Origin: Candidatus Hermodarchaeum yapensis
GTDB lineage: Archaea > Asgardarchaeota > Hermodarchaeia > Hermodarchaeales > Hermodarchaeaceae
NCBI GenBank assembly: GCA_016840405.1
Contig: JAEOSK010000002.1
Location: 32,001-96,000, forward strand
Direction: 5' to 3'
DNA: 64,000 nucleotides
The position numbers were made by a program, and so were the translations under genes. Every line of letters begins with the position of its first letter. Position 1 is the stretch's first letter. The notes below the pieces were generated by a model. The model saw only the letters and a list, made by a program, of their open reading frames with translations, did not search any database and was not told the DNA's origin. Positions 40,669 to 50,727 of the stretch are shown one piece after another.

Positions 40669-41748
40669 ATGATAAAGACCCAAATATGTGATATGCTTGA
40701 AATTGACTATCCAATTGTTCAAGCCGCAATGGGGCCCTTTGATACGAAAGATCTTGCTATAGCTGTGGCTTCTGCGGGAGGATTTGGGATGGTGAGTCAT
40801 CCTGCTCCTCGGCTTGAAGACGGGCTTTTTGAAGCTATTCAAAATGAAGATGCTAAACAGAAGGCGATTGAGAATGTAAAAGAGCATATGATGGCAGCAA
40901 TCTGTGAAGTAGGAGAAAAAGCTCAAGGATCTTTTGGAGTTAATTTTCGTGTGGCTCCGGAGCAGCCTGATGTTCCTTTTTTGTTGGATGCACTTCTTGA
41001 GGAGCGGGATAGAAATTCCAATCTGCAAAAGAAGCTCAAGATGGTGCTCTGCTCTGCTGGTGATCCGACTCAGCTACATTTGAAAAAAATTCAGGAAGCG
41101 GGGATGCTTCGGTTTCATACCGTTCCAAGCGTTTACCATGCAAAGAAGGCAGAGAAATCGGGTGTCGATGGTTTGATTGTCACGGGGTATGAGGCAGGAG
41201 GTCACGTTGCATATGAGCCAATTCATACCTTTGTGGCGGTACCAGAGGTGGTTAAAGAAGTCAACGTGCCCGTGATTGGAGGTGGGGGTGTGTGTGATGG
41301 GAAGGGACTTGTTGCCATGCTAGCCTTTGGCGCGTTAGGCATCTATGTGGGAACGCGGTTTATCGTTACCAAAGAATGTGAATTCAACGATAAAGTAAAA
41401 GAGGAAATTATTGCGGCTTCCATTAAATTTCCGAAAAAAGCGGCAACGATTGTCACTCAAGGTGTATATGGCCCCCTTCGGCACCTGAAGAACAAATATT
41501 CACTTGAATTGTTTGAGCTTACTCAGAAGATGCAACGAGGTGAAATCTCAATGATGGATGTGTTGCTCTTCGAGACGGAAGGCACATACCGGGCCAAGGG
41601 TCCTGAAGGAAATATCGAAGATGGTGCTATCTGGGCTGGACAGGCATCTCTCCGAATTCATGAAATGCTCACCTGTAAGGAGTTGATTTCTGAAATCATG
41701 AATGAAGCCAAGCAAATCATGAACAACTTCGCCAAAACATACGTGTAG
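40669..41748 (+). CDS. Nitronate monooxygenase/FabK family flavoprotein
   Basis: YPIVQAAM, GYEAGGH, GGGVCDG, VGTRF, WAGQ. Confidence 0.88.
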   Translation: MIKTQICDMLEIDYPIVQAAMGPFDTKDLAIAVASAGGFGMVSHPAPRLEDGLFEAIQNEDAKQKAIENVKEHMMAAICEVGEKAQGSFGVNFRVAPEQPDVPFLLDALLEERDRNSNLQKKLKMVLCSAGDPTQLHLKKIQEAGMLRFHTVPSVYHAKKAEKSGVDGLIVTGYEAGGHVAYEPIHTFVAVPEVVKEVNVPVIGGGGVCDGKGLVAMLAFGALGIYVGTRFIVTKECEFNDKVKEEIIAASIKFPKKAATIVTQGVYGPLRHLKNKYSLELFELTQKMQRGEISMMDVLLFETEGTYRAKGPEGNIEDGAIWAGQASLRIHEMLTCKELISEIMNEAKQIMNNFAKTYV

Positions 41749-41762
41749 GATGTGAGAGTACA

Positions 41763-42239
41763 ATGACAAGAAAACGCATTGAAATTACAACTGGTTTTGT
41801 GCAAGCGGATTATAATTTCTGGGTTGGCAAATATATGGACAAATTCTATGATGGGCTCGAATCCAAGCAGGTACTGGGAAATAGATGTCCGACGTGTAAC
41901 AGAGTGTTCGTGCCTCCCAGGAAGGTCTGTGGAAACTGTTTCAAAACCATAGATTTGAGTAATAACTGGGTCAAACTGAAAGATACTGGAACGTTACGCA
42001 ATTTCACAACAACAAGGATTGCAGTATCTGAAGCAGGCAAGAAAAAAACTTCTGAAGCGATTCCAATTGGAATGGTCCAATTCGATGGAAGTGATACATC
42101 AGTTGTCTATCCTCTTCTTGATGTTCAAGAAAAAGACCTGACGATTGGTTTGAAGGTTCAGGTTGTCTGGAATGATGAGTTGAAAGGGCATCCCAGGGAC
42201 ATTAAGGGTTTTAGAATGCTCAAGGGGGGAGAAAGGTGA
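41763..42239 (+). CDS. DUF35 Zn-ribbon/OB-fold protein
   Basis: RCPTC..VPPR..CGNC. Confidence 0.88.
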   Translation: MTRKRIEITTGFVQADYNFWVGKYMDKFYDGLESKQVLGNRCPTCNRVFVPPRKVCGNCFKTIDLSNNWVKLKDTGTLRNFTTTRIAVSEAGKKKTSEAIPIGMVQFDGSDTSVVYPLLDVQEKDLTIGLKVQVVWNDELKGHPRDIKGFRMLKGGER

Positions 42240-43384
42240 ACAAGGTAGGTATTGTGGGTTACTATCAGGTTCCGCCTGCGCTGGATCATAACATGGGTCG
42301 TTATGAACTGATTTTCCAAGCCGTTAGGGGTGCGCTCGATAATGTGGGTTTGAAACACAAAGATGTTACCTCCGTGGTGAGTGCTACTAATGACTACTAT
42401 GACGGACGAACCATCTCGAATTGCTTCACAGTGGAAGCCGGTGGAGGGTACATGAAAGATGAAACCAAGGTCGAAATGGACGGAGCTTTTGCAGTTCATT
42501 ATGGAATGCTCCGAGCGTTAACAGGACATCACAAGTTAGTCCTCGTTTGGGGTGGAAGCATGTCCTCCTGCTATCCCTATAGTTCGTCCACACTGCTTTC
42601 GACAGATCCCACCTTTGAACGTCCTCTCGAATTGATTAACGATATGACTGCTGGGGCGTTTCAGATGCGAGCTTACATGAACCACTTCAACGTGTCTGCT
42701 GAAGACATTGCTCAAGTTGCAGTAAAGAATCGGAGGAATGCCACTTCAAATGAGCTAGCTTTACCTGAATCCCAGTTACCAGCAGCAACGACCGAAATGA
42801 TTCTGAAAGCCGATGTACTCAGTTCACCAGTCACAGAACTAATGTATTCTCATCCCTGTGACGGTGCGGCGTGCATCATCTTAGCTCCAGAACAGCAGGC
42901 CTTGAAGATTCGTGATGATCCCGTGTGGATTACCGGAGTGGGCTATTCGCAAGAAGCCTATTATCTAGGTGATCGAGACCTCACACAAAGCCAATCAATG
43001 AAAAATGCTGCGCAAATGGCGTATAAAATGGCGGGAGTGAAAGACCCGAAAAAGGAGACTGATGTCGCCGAAGTATTTGAGCACTTTGCCCACGAAGAGA
43101 TGATTTTCTCTGAAGCATTGGGATTCTGTAAACCTGGAGAAGGGGCATCATTGTCAACTGAAATTGGCGGAGAATTACCCATTAATCCCTCAGGTGGTGC
43201 GATGAGCGGAAATACTCCTTGTGCCACGGGTATGATTCGGCTGATTGAAGCAGCGAAGCAAATTCATGGTGACGCTTCGGAGCATCAGGTGAAAGATGTC
43301 CACCGTGTTGTGGCCTCGGGTCAAATTGGCTTATGTGCCCAGAATAATATTCTCTTTGTGTTGGAAAGAGGTGGACGGAAATGA
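42236..43384 (+). CDS. SCP-x-type thiolase-like protein, Ltp4-like
   Basis: DYYDGRTIS, KVEMDGAFA, DGAA, INPSGG. Confidence 0.8.
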   Translation: MNKVGIVGYYQVPPALDHNMGRYELIFQAVRGALDNVGLKHKDVTSVVSATNDYYDGRTISNCFTVEAGGGYMKDETKVEMDGAFAVHYGMLRALTGHHKLVLVWGGSMSSCYPYSSSTLLSTDPTFERPLELINDMTAGAFQMRAYMNHFNVSAEDIAQVAVKNRRNATSNELALPESQLPAATTEMILKADVLSSPVTELMYSHPCDGAACIILAPEQQALKIRDDPVWITGVGYSQEAYYLGDRDLTQSQSMKNAAQMAYKMAGVKDPKKETDVAEVFEHFAHEEMIFSEALGFCKPGEGASLSTEIGGELPINPSGGAMSGNTPCATGMIRLIEAAKQIHGDASEHQVKDVHRVVASGQIGLCAQNNILFVLERGGRK

Positions 43385-44622
43385 GTAAGCAACAAGCGGC
43401 GATAGTGAGTGCGGGTTTCTGTGAACATGCTTCCAAACGTTCCGATGTGAATATGGCTGAAATGGCCAACGAAGCGATCCAGGATTGTCTGAATAATGCG
43501 AATATTGAGATGGATGCGGTTGATGCCATCGTGATGGGAAATATGCCTGCCTTTGAGGGAGCGAATCTACCAGAGTTATGGATGACAGATTGGGTGGGTG
43601 CCCGTGACAAGCCACTTATCCGAGTAACCACTGGGGGCACCACGGGAGGGTCGGTTGCGATTGCTGGATACTATCATGTTGCTGCAGGACTTCCGGGGAT
43701 AGAAACCGTGTTGGCTGTTGCCTTTGAGCAACAATCCTGTGGGAATACCAGTGTTGGTTTGTCATCTGTAGCATTAGGTGAAATTTCCATTGTGAACGCT
43801 TTGGGTTTACCCGCTGAGAGTGCCATGCGTATCTTTGGTGCTGGGGCAGCAATTGGTATTGCCTCCTATCAAGCCATCAACTATATGAAACGAAGTGGTT
43901 GCACCGAAGAAGACCTTGCCCGCGTTGTGGTGCAAAATCGCCGAAACGCTGCCAAGAACTGGTGGACCCACCTTAAGATGCCAGACTATACTATCGAACA
44001 GGTCATGGCTACACCCTACGTATCTTATCCCCTCAGATTTGGCATGGTGACTCCAGCATCTGATGGTGCTTGTGCAGTGCTCTTTACCAGAGAAGAAATC
44101 GCCAAAGACACGGTTGATATTCCTGCCTATGTCAATGGAGTATCCAGTGTAGCGAATGAAACCGGCATCGTAGGTTATGCCGCTGCAGGAGCAGGACAGC
44201 TAGATCCCTGCGAACAACTGGGTGCCGTGGAATCAGCGAAACTCGCATATTCGCAAGCGGGAATCTCATTTCCAGAAAAGGAAATTGATTACGCAGAAGT
44301 CTATTCACCGTTTCCCAATCAAGAACTAATGTGGCTAGAAAGATTGGGACTATTCAAGGAAAACACTGCCCACCTGCGATATCGCGATGGAACAACTGCT
44401 CCAAACGGCGAGTTACCCGTAAACTGTTCTGGGGGCGTCAATTCAACCAACGCAATCGGCGCTTCCGGATTAGAGCGAGTTGCTGAAGCCGCATTACAAA
44501 TCATGGGGAAAGCAGAAAATCAGGTTCCCAAAACGGTTCATACATCGATTGGCCATGGTTGGGGTGGCTGCATTAACTTCGTAACACTGACAGTACTCAG
44601 TGATCAACCACGACGAAAATGA
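43381..44622 (+). CDS. SCP-x-type thiolase-like protein, Ltp3-like
   Basis: RVTTGGTTGGS, SDGACA, VNCSGGV..NAIGASG. Confidence 0.8.
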   Translation: MSKQQAAIVSAGFCEHASKRSDVNMAEMANEAIQDCLNNANIEMDAVDAIVMGNMPAFEGANLPELWMTDWVGARDKPLIRVTTGGTTGGSVAIAGYYHVAAGLPGIETVLAVAFEQQSCGNTSVGLSSVALGEISIVNALGLPAESAMRIFGAGAAIGIASYQAINYMKRSGCTEEDLARVVVQNRRNAAKNWWTHLKMPDYTIEQVMATPYVSYPLRFGMVTPASDGACAVLFTREEIAKDTVDIPAYVNGVSSVANETGIVGYAAAGAGQLDPCEQLGAVESAKLAYSQAGISFPEKEIDYAEVYSPFPNQELMWLERLGLFKENTAHLRYRDGTTAPNGELPVNCSGGVNSTNAIGASGLERVAEAALQIMGKAENQVPKTVHTSIGHGWGGCINFVTLTVLSDQPRRK

Positions 44623-44635
44623 AGGACGGAATAAA

Positions 44636-45148
44636 ATGGTGAAACTGGAATATCTCAAAAAAGAGTATGAAAAAACACGACAAATGCCCGGGAAATGGCC
44701 TCTCTCATCGTACCGCTACAAATTCAACATCACCCATTTCCAACCCTTTCTTAAGGCATTGAAGGAGAAACGGTTAATCGGATTGAAATGTCGAAGCTGC
44801 AACACTGTAAGTTTTCCACCCAAACTCGTGTGTGGGAAGTGTCTTGTCCAACCCGATCAATGGGTGGCACTACGTGACACAGGCATGGTTGCCACCTTCA
44901 CAGCGAACTACATGAAAGATGAAACCACAGGAGAACTGCAGTCATTCCCAGTTATTGCAATCCAGCAAGATGGGGCCGACACAACATTCCTAACCCAACT
45001 GAATCCGGCTGTCAAATTCGAGGATGTGTATGTAGGTATGCCGGTGAAGGTCAAATGGAAAAACCAACCAGAAGGCAATCTCGGTGACATCGAATACTAT
45101 GATGTTATAGACGATGCTACCAAGAAAATGAAATTACAAAACGAGTAA
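44636..45148 (+). CDS. DUF35 Zn-ribbon/OB-fold protein
   Basis: KCRSC..FPP..CGKC, GMPVKVKW. Confidence 0.88.
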   Translation: MVKLEYLKKEYEKTRQMPGKWPLSSYRYKFNITHFQPFLKALKEKRLIGLKCRSCNTVSFPPKLVCGKCLVQPDQWVALRDTGMVATFTANYMKDETTGELQSFPVIAIQQDGADTTFLTQLNPAVKFEDVYVGMPVKVKWKNQPEGNLGDIEYYDVIDDATKKMKLQNE

Positions 45149-45197
45149 CTATTATTGACAATCATCCAACTCATGATCGCATTTGGAGGAAAGAACC

Positions 45198-46757
45198 ATG
45201 ACAATAGGAGAATTAGTTGAAAAACAGGCTCAACAATATTCCGATAAAATCTTCCTCTACTGGCAAGATGAAACAGTGACTTATACTCAATTGAATGCGC
45301 TTACCAATAAGGTTGCAAATATGCTCCACAGCCTAGGTATTCGTAAGGGAGATGTCGTCAGCGTTTTACTTCCCAACATGCCAGAATACGTCTATCTCTA
45401 CTTGGGCATCCCCAAACTTGGTGCAATCGTGGGACCAGTCAATGCCCTTTTCAAAGCACGAGAAATTCAATTTGTAGTGGGGCATTCTGAAGCCAAGGTC
45501 CTAGTTACGATTCCACGTTTTATGGACATTGTAAGCACTATTCAGAAAGACCTACCTTGTTTAGAACATGTCATTGTCATAGATGAATCGAGTCAAGAAG
45601 CTCTAAGTTACCACGACCTAATGGAAAAAGCCGCAGCAACCACTCCACCAACAGTATCCATAGATGAAAAAGAGGATCCCGCTGCTATTCTGTACACCTC
45701 GGGAACCACTGGGTTTCCCAAGGGTGTATTGCAGACCCATTTCAATATCAAACGGAATGCCCAGATGATCATTGATCATCTGGGAGTAGACGCCAATGAA
45801 GATCATCGATTCATGCTTATTTTACCTCTCTTTCATGTGAATGCTCAAATTGTCACCGTCATGTCTCCTCTCACCCTTGGCGCAAGCACCATACTCACAC
45901 CAGGTTTTTCCGCAAAAACCCATTGGGAAACTGTCGCGAAATATCGCGCAACCACCTTTAGTGCTGTTCCAACCATACTTTCAATCCTTTTGCGAATGCC
46001 CCATGAAGGTTTAGACCTGTCCTCCATTAAATGGATTATCTGTGGTGCTGCCCCACTTCCCATTGAGATCATGAAAGCTTTCGAATCAACCTTCCATTGC
46101 AGCGTTGTCGAAGGATATGGGCTCACAGAAGGAACCTGCGCCTCCTCCTGTAACCCGCTCCCCACAGAAACCGAAGATAGACGCAAAGTTGGCAGCATTG
46201 GCGTTGCTTTACCTGATACCAAAATGAAAATCGTTGATGATTCAGGGAATGATGTTCCAGCAAAGGGAACAGGTGAAATCATCTGCAAAGGCGATAACGT
46301 TATGAAAGGCTACTTCAAGAACCCTGAAGCGAATGCTGAGACTCTCAAAGATGGATGGTTATACACTGGAGACCTGGGCTATGTGGATAACGATGGGTTC
46401 TTCTACATTGTGGGTCGGAAGAAGGATTTGATTATTCGCGGGGGCGAGAACATCTATCCAAGGGAAGTCGAAGAGGTGCTCTACGCATACCCGGGGGTCA
46501 CAGAAGCTGCTGTTATCGGTGTCTTTGATGAAATCTATGGCGAAGTTCCTAAAGCTTTCATCGTGATGAAAGAAGCCTACGAAGCATCAGAGGACCAGAT
46601 CCTTCAACATTGTCTAGAGAATCTCGCTGACTTCAAAGTTCCTCAATATGTGGAGTTTCGCTCAGAATTACCCAAGAATCCTACCGGAAAGATTATGAAA
46701 ACCCCACTCCGCGAAGAAGAAGCTGAGAAATTACAAGAAACAAACCCGTCGGACTGA
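45198..46757 (+). CDS. Long-chain acyl-CoA synthetase (FadD-like)
   Basis: YTSGTTGFPKG, GYGLTE, TGD, GRKKD, TGKI. Confidence 0.92.
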   Translation: MTIGELVEKQAQQYSDKIFLYWQDETVTYTQLNALTNKVANMLHSLGIRKGDVVSVLLPNMPEYVYLYLGIPKLGAIVGPVNALFKAREIQFVVGHSEAKVLVTIPRFMDIVSTIQKDLPCLEHVIVIDESSQEALSYHDLMEKAAATTPPTVSIDEKEDPAAILYTSGTTGFPKGVLQTHFNIKRNAQMIIDHLGVDANEDHRFMLILPLFHVNAQIVTVMSPLTLGASTILTPGFSAKTHWETVAKYRATTFSAVPTILSILLRMPHEGLDLSSIKWIICGAAPLPIEIMKAFESTFHCSVVEGYGLTEGTCASSCNPLPTETEDRRKVGSIGVALPDTKMKIVDDSGNDVPAKGTGEIICKGDNVMKGYFKNPEANAETLKDGWLYTGDLGYVDNDGFFYIVGRKKDLIIRGGENIYPREVEEVLYAYPGVTEAAVIGVFDEIYGEVPKAFIVMKEAYEASEDQILQHCLENLADFKVPQYVEFRSELPKNPTGKIMKTPLREEEAEKLQETNPSD

Positions 46758-46862
46758 CTTATCAAAATATCCACGAGTACAATGTCAGATATTTTATTCA
46801 AAGAATTTCCACCTAATATCCAACCATATGCCATGCGTTCATGTTCGTAAGAAGGGGCTTTA

Positions 46863-47603
46863 CTAAACCGAAATCAGATCATGGAGTAAGTCAACCAGCT
46901 GAGGATAGGTTGCTACAGTATAATCATACAAGTCTTCAGATACAGCTAGGGTGGGCTCTTCTGGGTGTTCTGCCTGGTGCCAAGTGCTATAGATGTATTT
47001 GATGCCTAATTGACGACAGGCACCATCATGACGAATGCTATCGCCAATATGAATGGTCCTGTTTGGTGGAACCTTAAGTTTGTCAAGTGACAACTGAAAG
47101 GGCTTCAAATCTGCTTTGAGGGCTCCTGCTTTTTCTGAGGTCATAATGGTGTCAAAGAAGTGTCGAATCTTTAACTGGTCTAGATAACCTTCAATCATCT
47201 CTTGATACCAGTTAGAAACAACAGCCAGTTTCAATCCTTGATCTCGAATCCATTGAAGTGCTTCACGGGTTCCAGGGAAGCACGTGACTTTTGTGCGGAG
47301 ATATTCCCAGCCTTCTCCTTCAATTTCCCGAAGTTGGTCAACGGGGAAATCTTTGTATCCCATAAGGTCGACTATGTGTTTCAGGAAGGGTGTCACTTCA
47401 GAAAAAGGTTTGATTGGTGCCGCGATGTATTCGTATTCACTTTTTACGAGCACTTTATCCTTGGCTTTATTGAAATCGTCATACGGGCCTAGCACTCCAA
47501 TTTCTTGGAGTCTAGGCCAGATGCATTCGCGGTTCATGTCTTCGATGACTAAATCGCTAGCGAGGGTTCGACCATGATCAAAGAAGATGGCTTCGATTGG
47601 AAT
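46863..47603 (-). CDS. HAD-family hydrolase (extended 5' of ORF-track start)
   Basis: Motif I AIFFDHGRTL upstream of track start; VSN, K, HIGDS..D. Confidence 0.8.
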   Translation of the reverse strand: MPIEAIFFDHGRTLASDLVIEDMNRECIWPRLQEIGVLGPYDDFNKAKDKVLVKSEYEYIAAPIKPFSEVTPFLKHIVDLMGYKDFPVDQLREIEGEGWEYLRTKVTCFPGTREALQWIRDQGLKLAVVSNWYQEMIEGYLDQLKIRHFFDTIMTSEKAGALKADLKPFQLSLDKLKVPPNRTIHIGDSIRHDGACRQLGIKYIYSTWHQAEHPEEPTLAVSEDLYDYTVATYPQLVDLLHDLISV

Positions 47604-47693
47604 GAGGGCTCTCTCCTATGGTTGTATAATGGCGAGGTGTATGGTCTATGGGTTTTTGAAGGTTTTCTGAATGGAAAGATTTAAAACCTACTG

Positions 47694-47707
47694 AGTATAA
47701 TTATACT
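47694..47707. promoter_or_regulatory. Palindromic operator candidate downstream of TATA-like TTTAAA (47680)
   Basis: Perfect palindrome AGTATAATTATACT before AbrB-like gene. Confidence 0.45.
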
Positions 47708-47745
47708 AATGATTATACTGGATATAATTTACATAAATTTACAGC

Positions 47746-48015
47746 GTGATTAGAATGTCAAAAGAAAAACTTCCCGAATCTCCTGAACCGGCTGAACCCA
47801 TGGTTCATCATCGGCCACCCCGTCATGTGCGAAAGAAAGTACGTATTATTGTGAAGGGCTACATGCGCCCCGATGGTTCGTCATATCATGTTGTCATTCC
47901 TAAACGGATCCGAGAGATGATGAAGCTCGAGGGTGGAGAATACTTCTTGATGGCAGCTAGCCCCATGCGGGATGAAATTCGTCTCAAGAAGGTTGAACTC
48001 TTCGAAGAAGAATAA
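47746..48015 (+). CDS. AbrB/MazE/SpoVT family DNA-binding protein
   Basis: SYHVVIPKRIREMMKLEGG. Confidence 0.75.
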   Translation: MIRMSKEKLPESPEPAEPMVHHRPPRHVRKKVRIIVKGYMRPDGSSYHVVIPKRIREMMKLEGGEYFLMAASPMRDEIRLKKVELFEEE

Positions 48016-48251
48016 CTTCTCTCGATTTGTTGTGCCTAATATGAGGTGTCGTTCAGTTAGGTTTCTGTTTGAGTAAATTTTCTACTCGTCGTATTTAGTA
48101 GATGTTTAATTAAGGAAAAGGATTGGTATCTCTTTCTATTTATCACGATATTGTATAGATAATAATTGTATCAAATTCTTCCCTTCCTCAGAGTATTTGT
48201 ACTTGTTACAATTCTATCCAATGACTATCACTTGGATTGTGCTGTTTCACC

Positions 48252-50228
48252 ATGACTGAAGATCGATCAAATTCAGTATTCCCTCAAGCCTCTAAGGAAT
48301 TGGAGCGAAGTGTCTACACGGCACTAAAGACCTATTCCAATGTCCATCGGGGTTCGGGTCATAACTCCATGGTGACTACAGCGCTGTTTGAGGGTGCCAG
48401 GGATGTTATTCTTGAATGCATGAATTTGGAGAAGGAGCAGCATATGATCGTGTTTGGATCTCCAATGCGGTTGGATTCACTGGAACGGCATTTTGATTCT
48501 ACGCAAATTCAGAGGGTTTCAAGTCGTGATATCGGTCTGCCATTGGGGATTGGGGCACTGGCTATTGAACGCAGAGCGTTGCCGAAAGGTGCTTTACTTC
48601 AGATGGGTGGGGGAACTGTCAACATGGTGTATTCCAAGTCCGTCATCTGGGCTAATCCTCCCGCAAGATTTGAGGCAGGGACACCTAGTATTATCAATGC
48701 TATTGCCCTTGCCAAGGGGCTTCAGCTTATCAGGCGTTTCGGTAGAAACACTTTCAAAATACAAGGGAGTCCGGTTTCAACTTCGCAAGAACTTCTGTAT
48801 AAGGATGAATTTGAAGGATTCTCTGGGAAGGAATTGCTCCAAAAACTGAGATTGTCACTTGTTGGTCATGATGTTCGTGTACCAACTGTTGAAGGTGAAC
48901 AACCGTATAGTAATCTGGATAATGCTGCCAGTACACCGACATTTGAGCCAATTTGGCAAGTGGCCAAGCAAATTCTTTGGCAGCCTCACAATTTCCACAT
49001 AGATCTCGTTTCAAAGGTGAAAGAAATTTGTGCGGAATTCTTGGGAGCACCACTTAACGATTATGATGTTTTGTTTACTTCCAATACAACCGAAGCCATC
49101 AATATTGTAGCACAATTCCTCGTTCGCGACCAGGATGATGGTTCAACACCAGTAATTCTAACAACCTTGCAGGAACACAACTCGAATGAACTTCCTTGGA
49201 GGTATATCTCAGGGGTTTCAGTCAATCGAGTTTCCATAGATGATGAAGGTTTTCTGAACCTGGATGAACTTGAACGCATGCTACGGGAATACAACCAGCT
49301 ACACCGATATGATGCGAAAAGGATTCGAATTGTAGCGGTGAGTGGAGCATCCAATGTTATTGGATCAATATTTGACGTTCAAGCCATAAGCCAGCTTGTC
49401 CATCAGTATGGGGCACGGCTTTTAGTTGATGGGGCACAAGTGGTCGCCCATCGTCACATTTCTTTGAGTGAACTCGACATTGATTACTTTGCCTTTTCTG
49501 GCCACAAAGTGTATGCGCCTTTCGGGAGTGGAGCTTTGGTTGTGAAGAAGGAACTTATCAATCTCCAATCAGATGATGTTTCGAAAATTAAGATGTCCGG
49601 TGAAGAAAATGTGGTTGGCATCGCTACTCTGGGCAAGGCGATTATTCTTCTGCAACGAATCGGCATGGAGACGATTGAGGAGTGGGAGCGAATGTTAACT
49701 CATCGTATGCTACAAGGTCTTGCTCAGTTACCTGATGTTGAAGTATTTGGGGTTAGAAATCCCCAATCCCCGAGATTCAGTCAACGTGGCGGGATAATTG
49801 CAATTAGCTTGAAAAAAGTGCCACATAATCTCGTTGCAAAAGAGCTTGCTGAATTGGGTGGAATTGGCATTCGGAATGGCTGTTTCTGTGCCCATTTACT
49901 CGTCCAACGCATTTTAAGAATTCACCCAGTCAGAATTTTTGCTACAAGGATTTTCTTTCGTGTACTCCCAAAACTCACCAATCTTTTACTGCCCGGTTTA
50001 ATCCGAGTGAGTTTCGGCGTAGAGAATAATGAAAATGATGTAGATCACTTCATTCAGACCTTGAGGTTAATCGATCAAACAACACGTTCACGTGCAAATA
50101 GACTCGTTGCATCGACTAATAATGGAACGATTTTCTTACCTGTTTCGCAAACTCAAAATCGAATGATTGCCTTTACCGAAAATATTGTGAAGACAGTCTA
50201 TTCGTTTGACAACGGCATAATTGTGTAG
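48252..50228 (+). CDS. Class V PLP enzyme (SufS-like) with extra N-terminal partial duplicate
   Basis: LDNAAST, EHNSN, VDGAQ, SGHK, RNGCFCA. Confidence 0.85.
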   Translation: MTEDRSNSVFPQASKELERSVYTALKTYSNVHRGSGHNSMVTTALFEGARDVILECMNLEKEQHMIVFGSPMRLDSLERHFDSTQIQRVSSRDIGLPLGIGALAIERRALPKGALLQMGGGTVNMVYSKSVIWANPPARFEAGTPSIINAIALAKGLQLIRRFGRNTFKIQGSPVSTSQELLYKDEFEGFSGKELLQKLRLSLVGHDVRVPTVEGEQPYSNLDNAASTPTFEPIWQVAKQILWQPHNFHIDLVSKVKEICAEFLGAPLNDYDVLFTSNTTEAINIVAQFLVRDQDDGSTPVILTTLQEHNSNELPWRYISGVSVNRVSIDDEGFLNLDELERMLREYNQLHRYDAKRIRIVAVSGASNVIGSIFDVQAISQLVHQYGARLLVDGAQVVAHRHISLSELDIDYFAFSGHKVYAPFGSGALVVKKELINLQSDDVSKIKMSGEENVVGIATLGKAIILLQRIGMETIEEWERMLTHRMLQGLAQLPDVEVFGVRNPQSPRFSQRGGIIAISLKKVPHNLVAKELAELGGIGIRNGCFCAHLLVQRILRIHPVRIFATRIFFRVLPKLTNLLLPGLIRVSFGVENNENDVDHFIQTLRLIDQTTRSRANRLVASTNNGTIFLPVSQTQNRMIAFTENIVKTVYSFDNGIIV

Positions 50229-50605
50229 TTGACTTGGTGAAGACCTCGCATGGCTCGGATGCGACTGATAAATTCTAAAACGCTTTCGGCTTCACCTTCG
50301 GTGATGAATACTTCTAAGCAATAGGATTCACCTAAATGTAGATGCATGTTGCCTGACACTATGTGATTAAAGTTGTGACGGAGTCGGGTTAATCGCTCAT
50401 CCACTCCCGGCAGTTCGTGGGCAGTGATGGCTGTGATGGTGGCAGTAACCCGACCGTGCTCAAATTTGCTTAGCTCAAATTCTGAAATGGTGGATCGGAC
50501 CGCGTCACGGATTGCTTCTGATCGACTCGAATATCCTCGTTGTTTCATGAATTTGTCCAACTGTTTTAATAACTCTGCAGTGAGAGATATGCTGACAATA
50601 GGCAT
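50198..50605 (-). CDS. nikR: Nickel-responsive regulator
   Basis: RHH SRSEAIRDAVR; H, HxH, C ligands. Confidence 0.85.
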   Translation of the reverse strand: MPIVSISLTAELLKQLDKFMKQRGYSSRSEAIRDAVRSTISEFELSKFEHGRVTATITAITAHELPGVDERLTRLRHNFNHIVSGNMHLHLGESYCLEVFITEGEAESVLEFISRIRAMRGLHQVNYTIMPLSNE

Positions 50606-50727
50606 GAATTCACCTTATTAAATTACGTCGTTAATATTAATAAAATTTATTATAAATTGGCATTAGATTAGCACTAAGCTAATAAATACCTAATTCTTTC
50701 CTCTCTCAACAACAATAGTCTGATTAC

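Noticed and set aside
50606-50727. NikR operator palindromes
   Set aside because: Region too AT-rich to separate from chance
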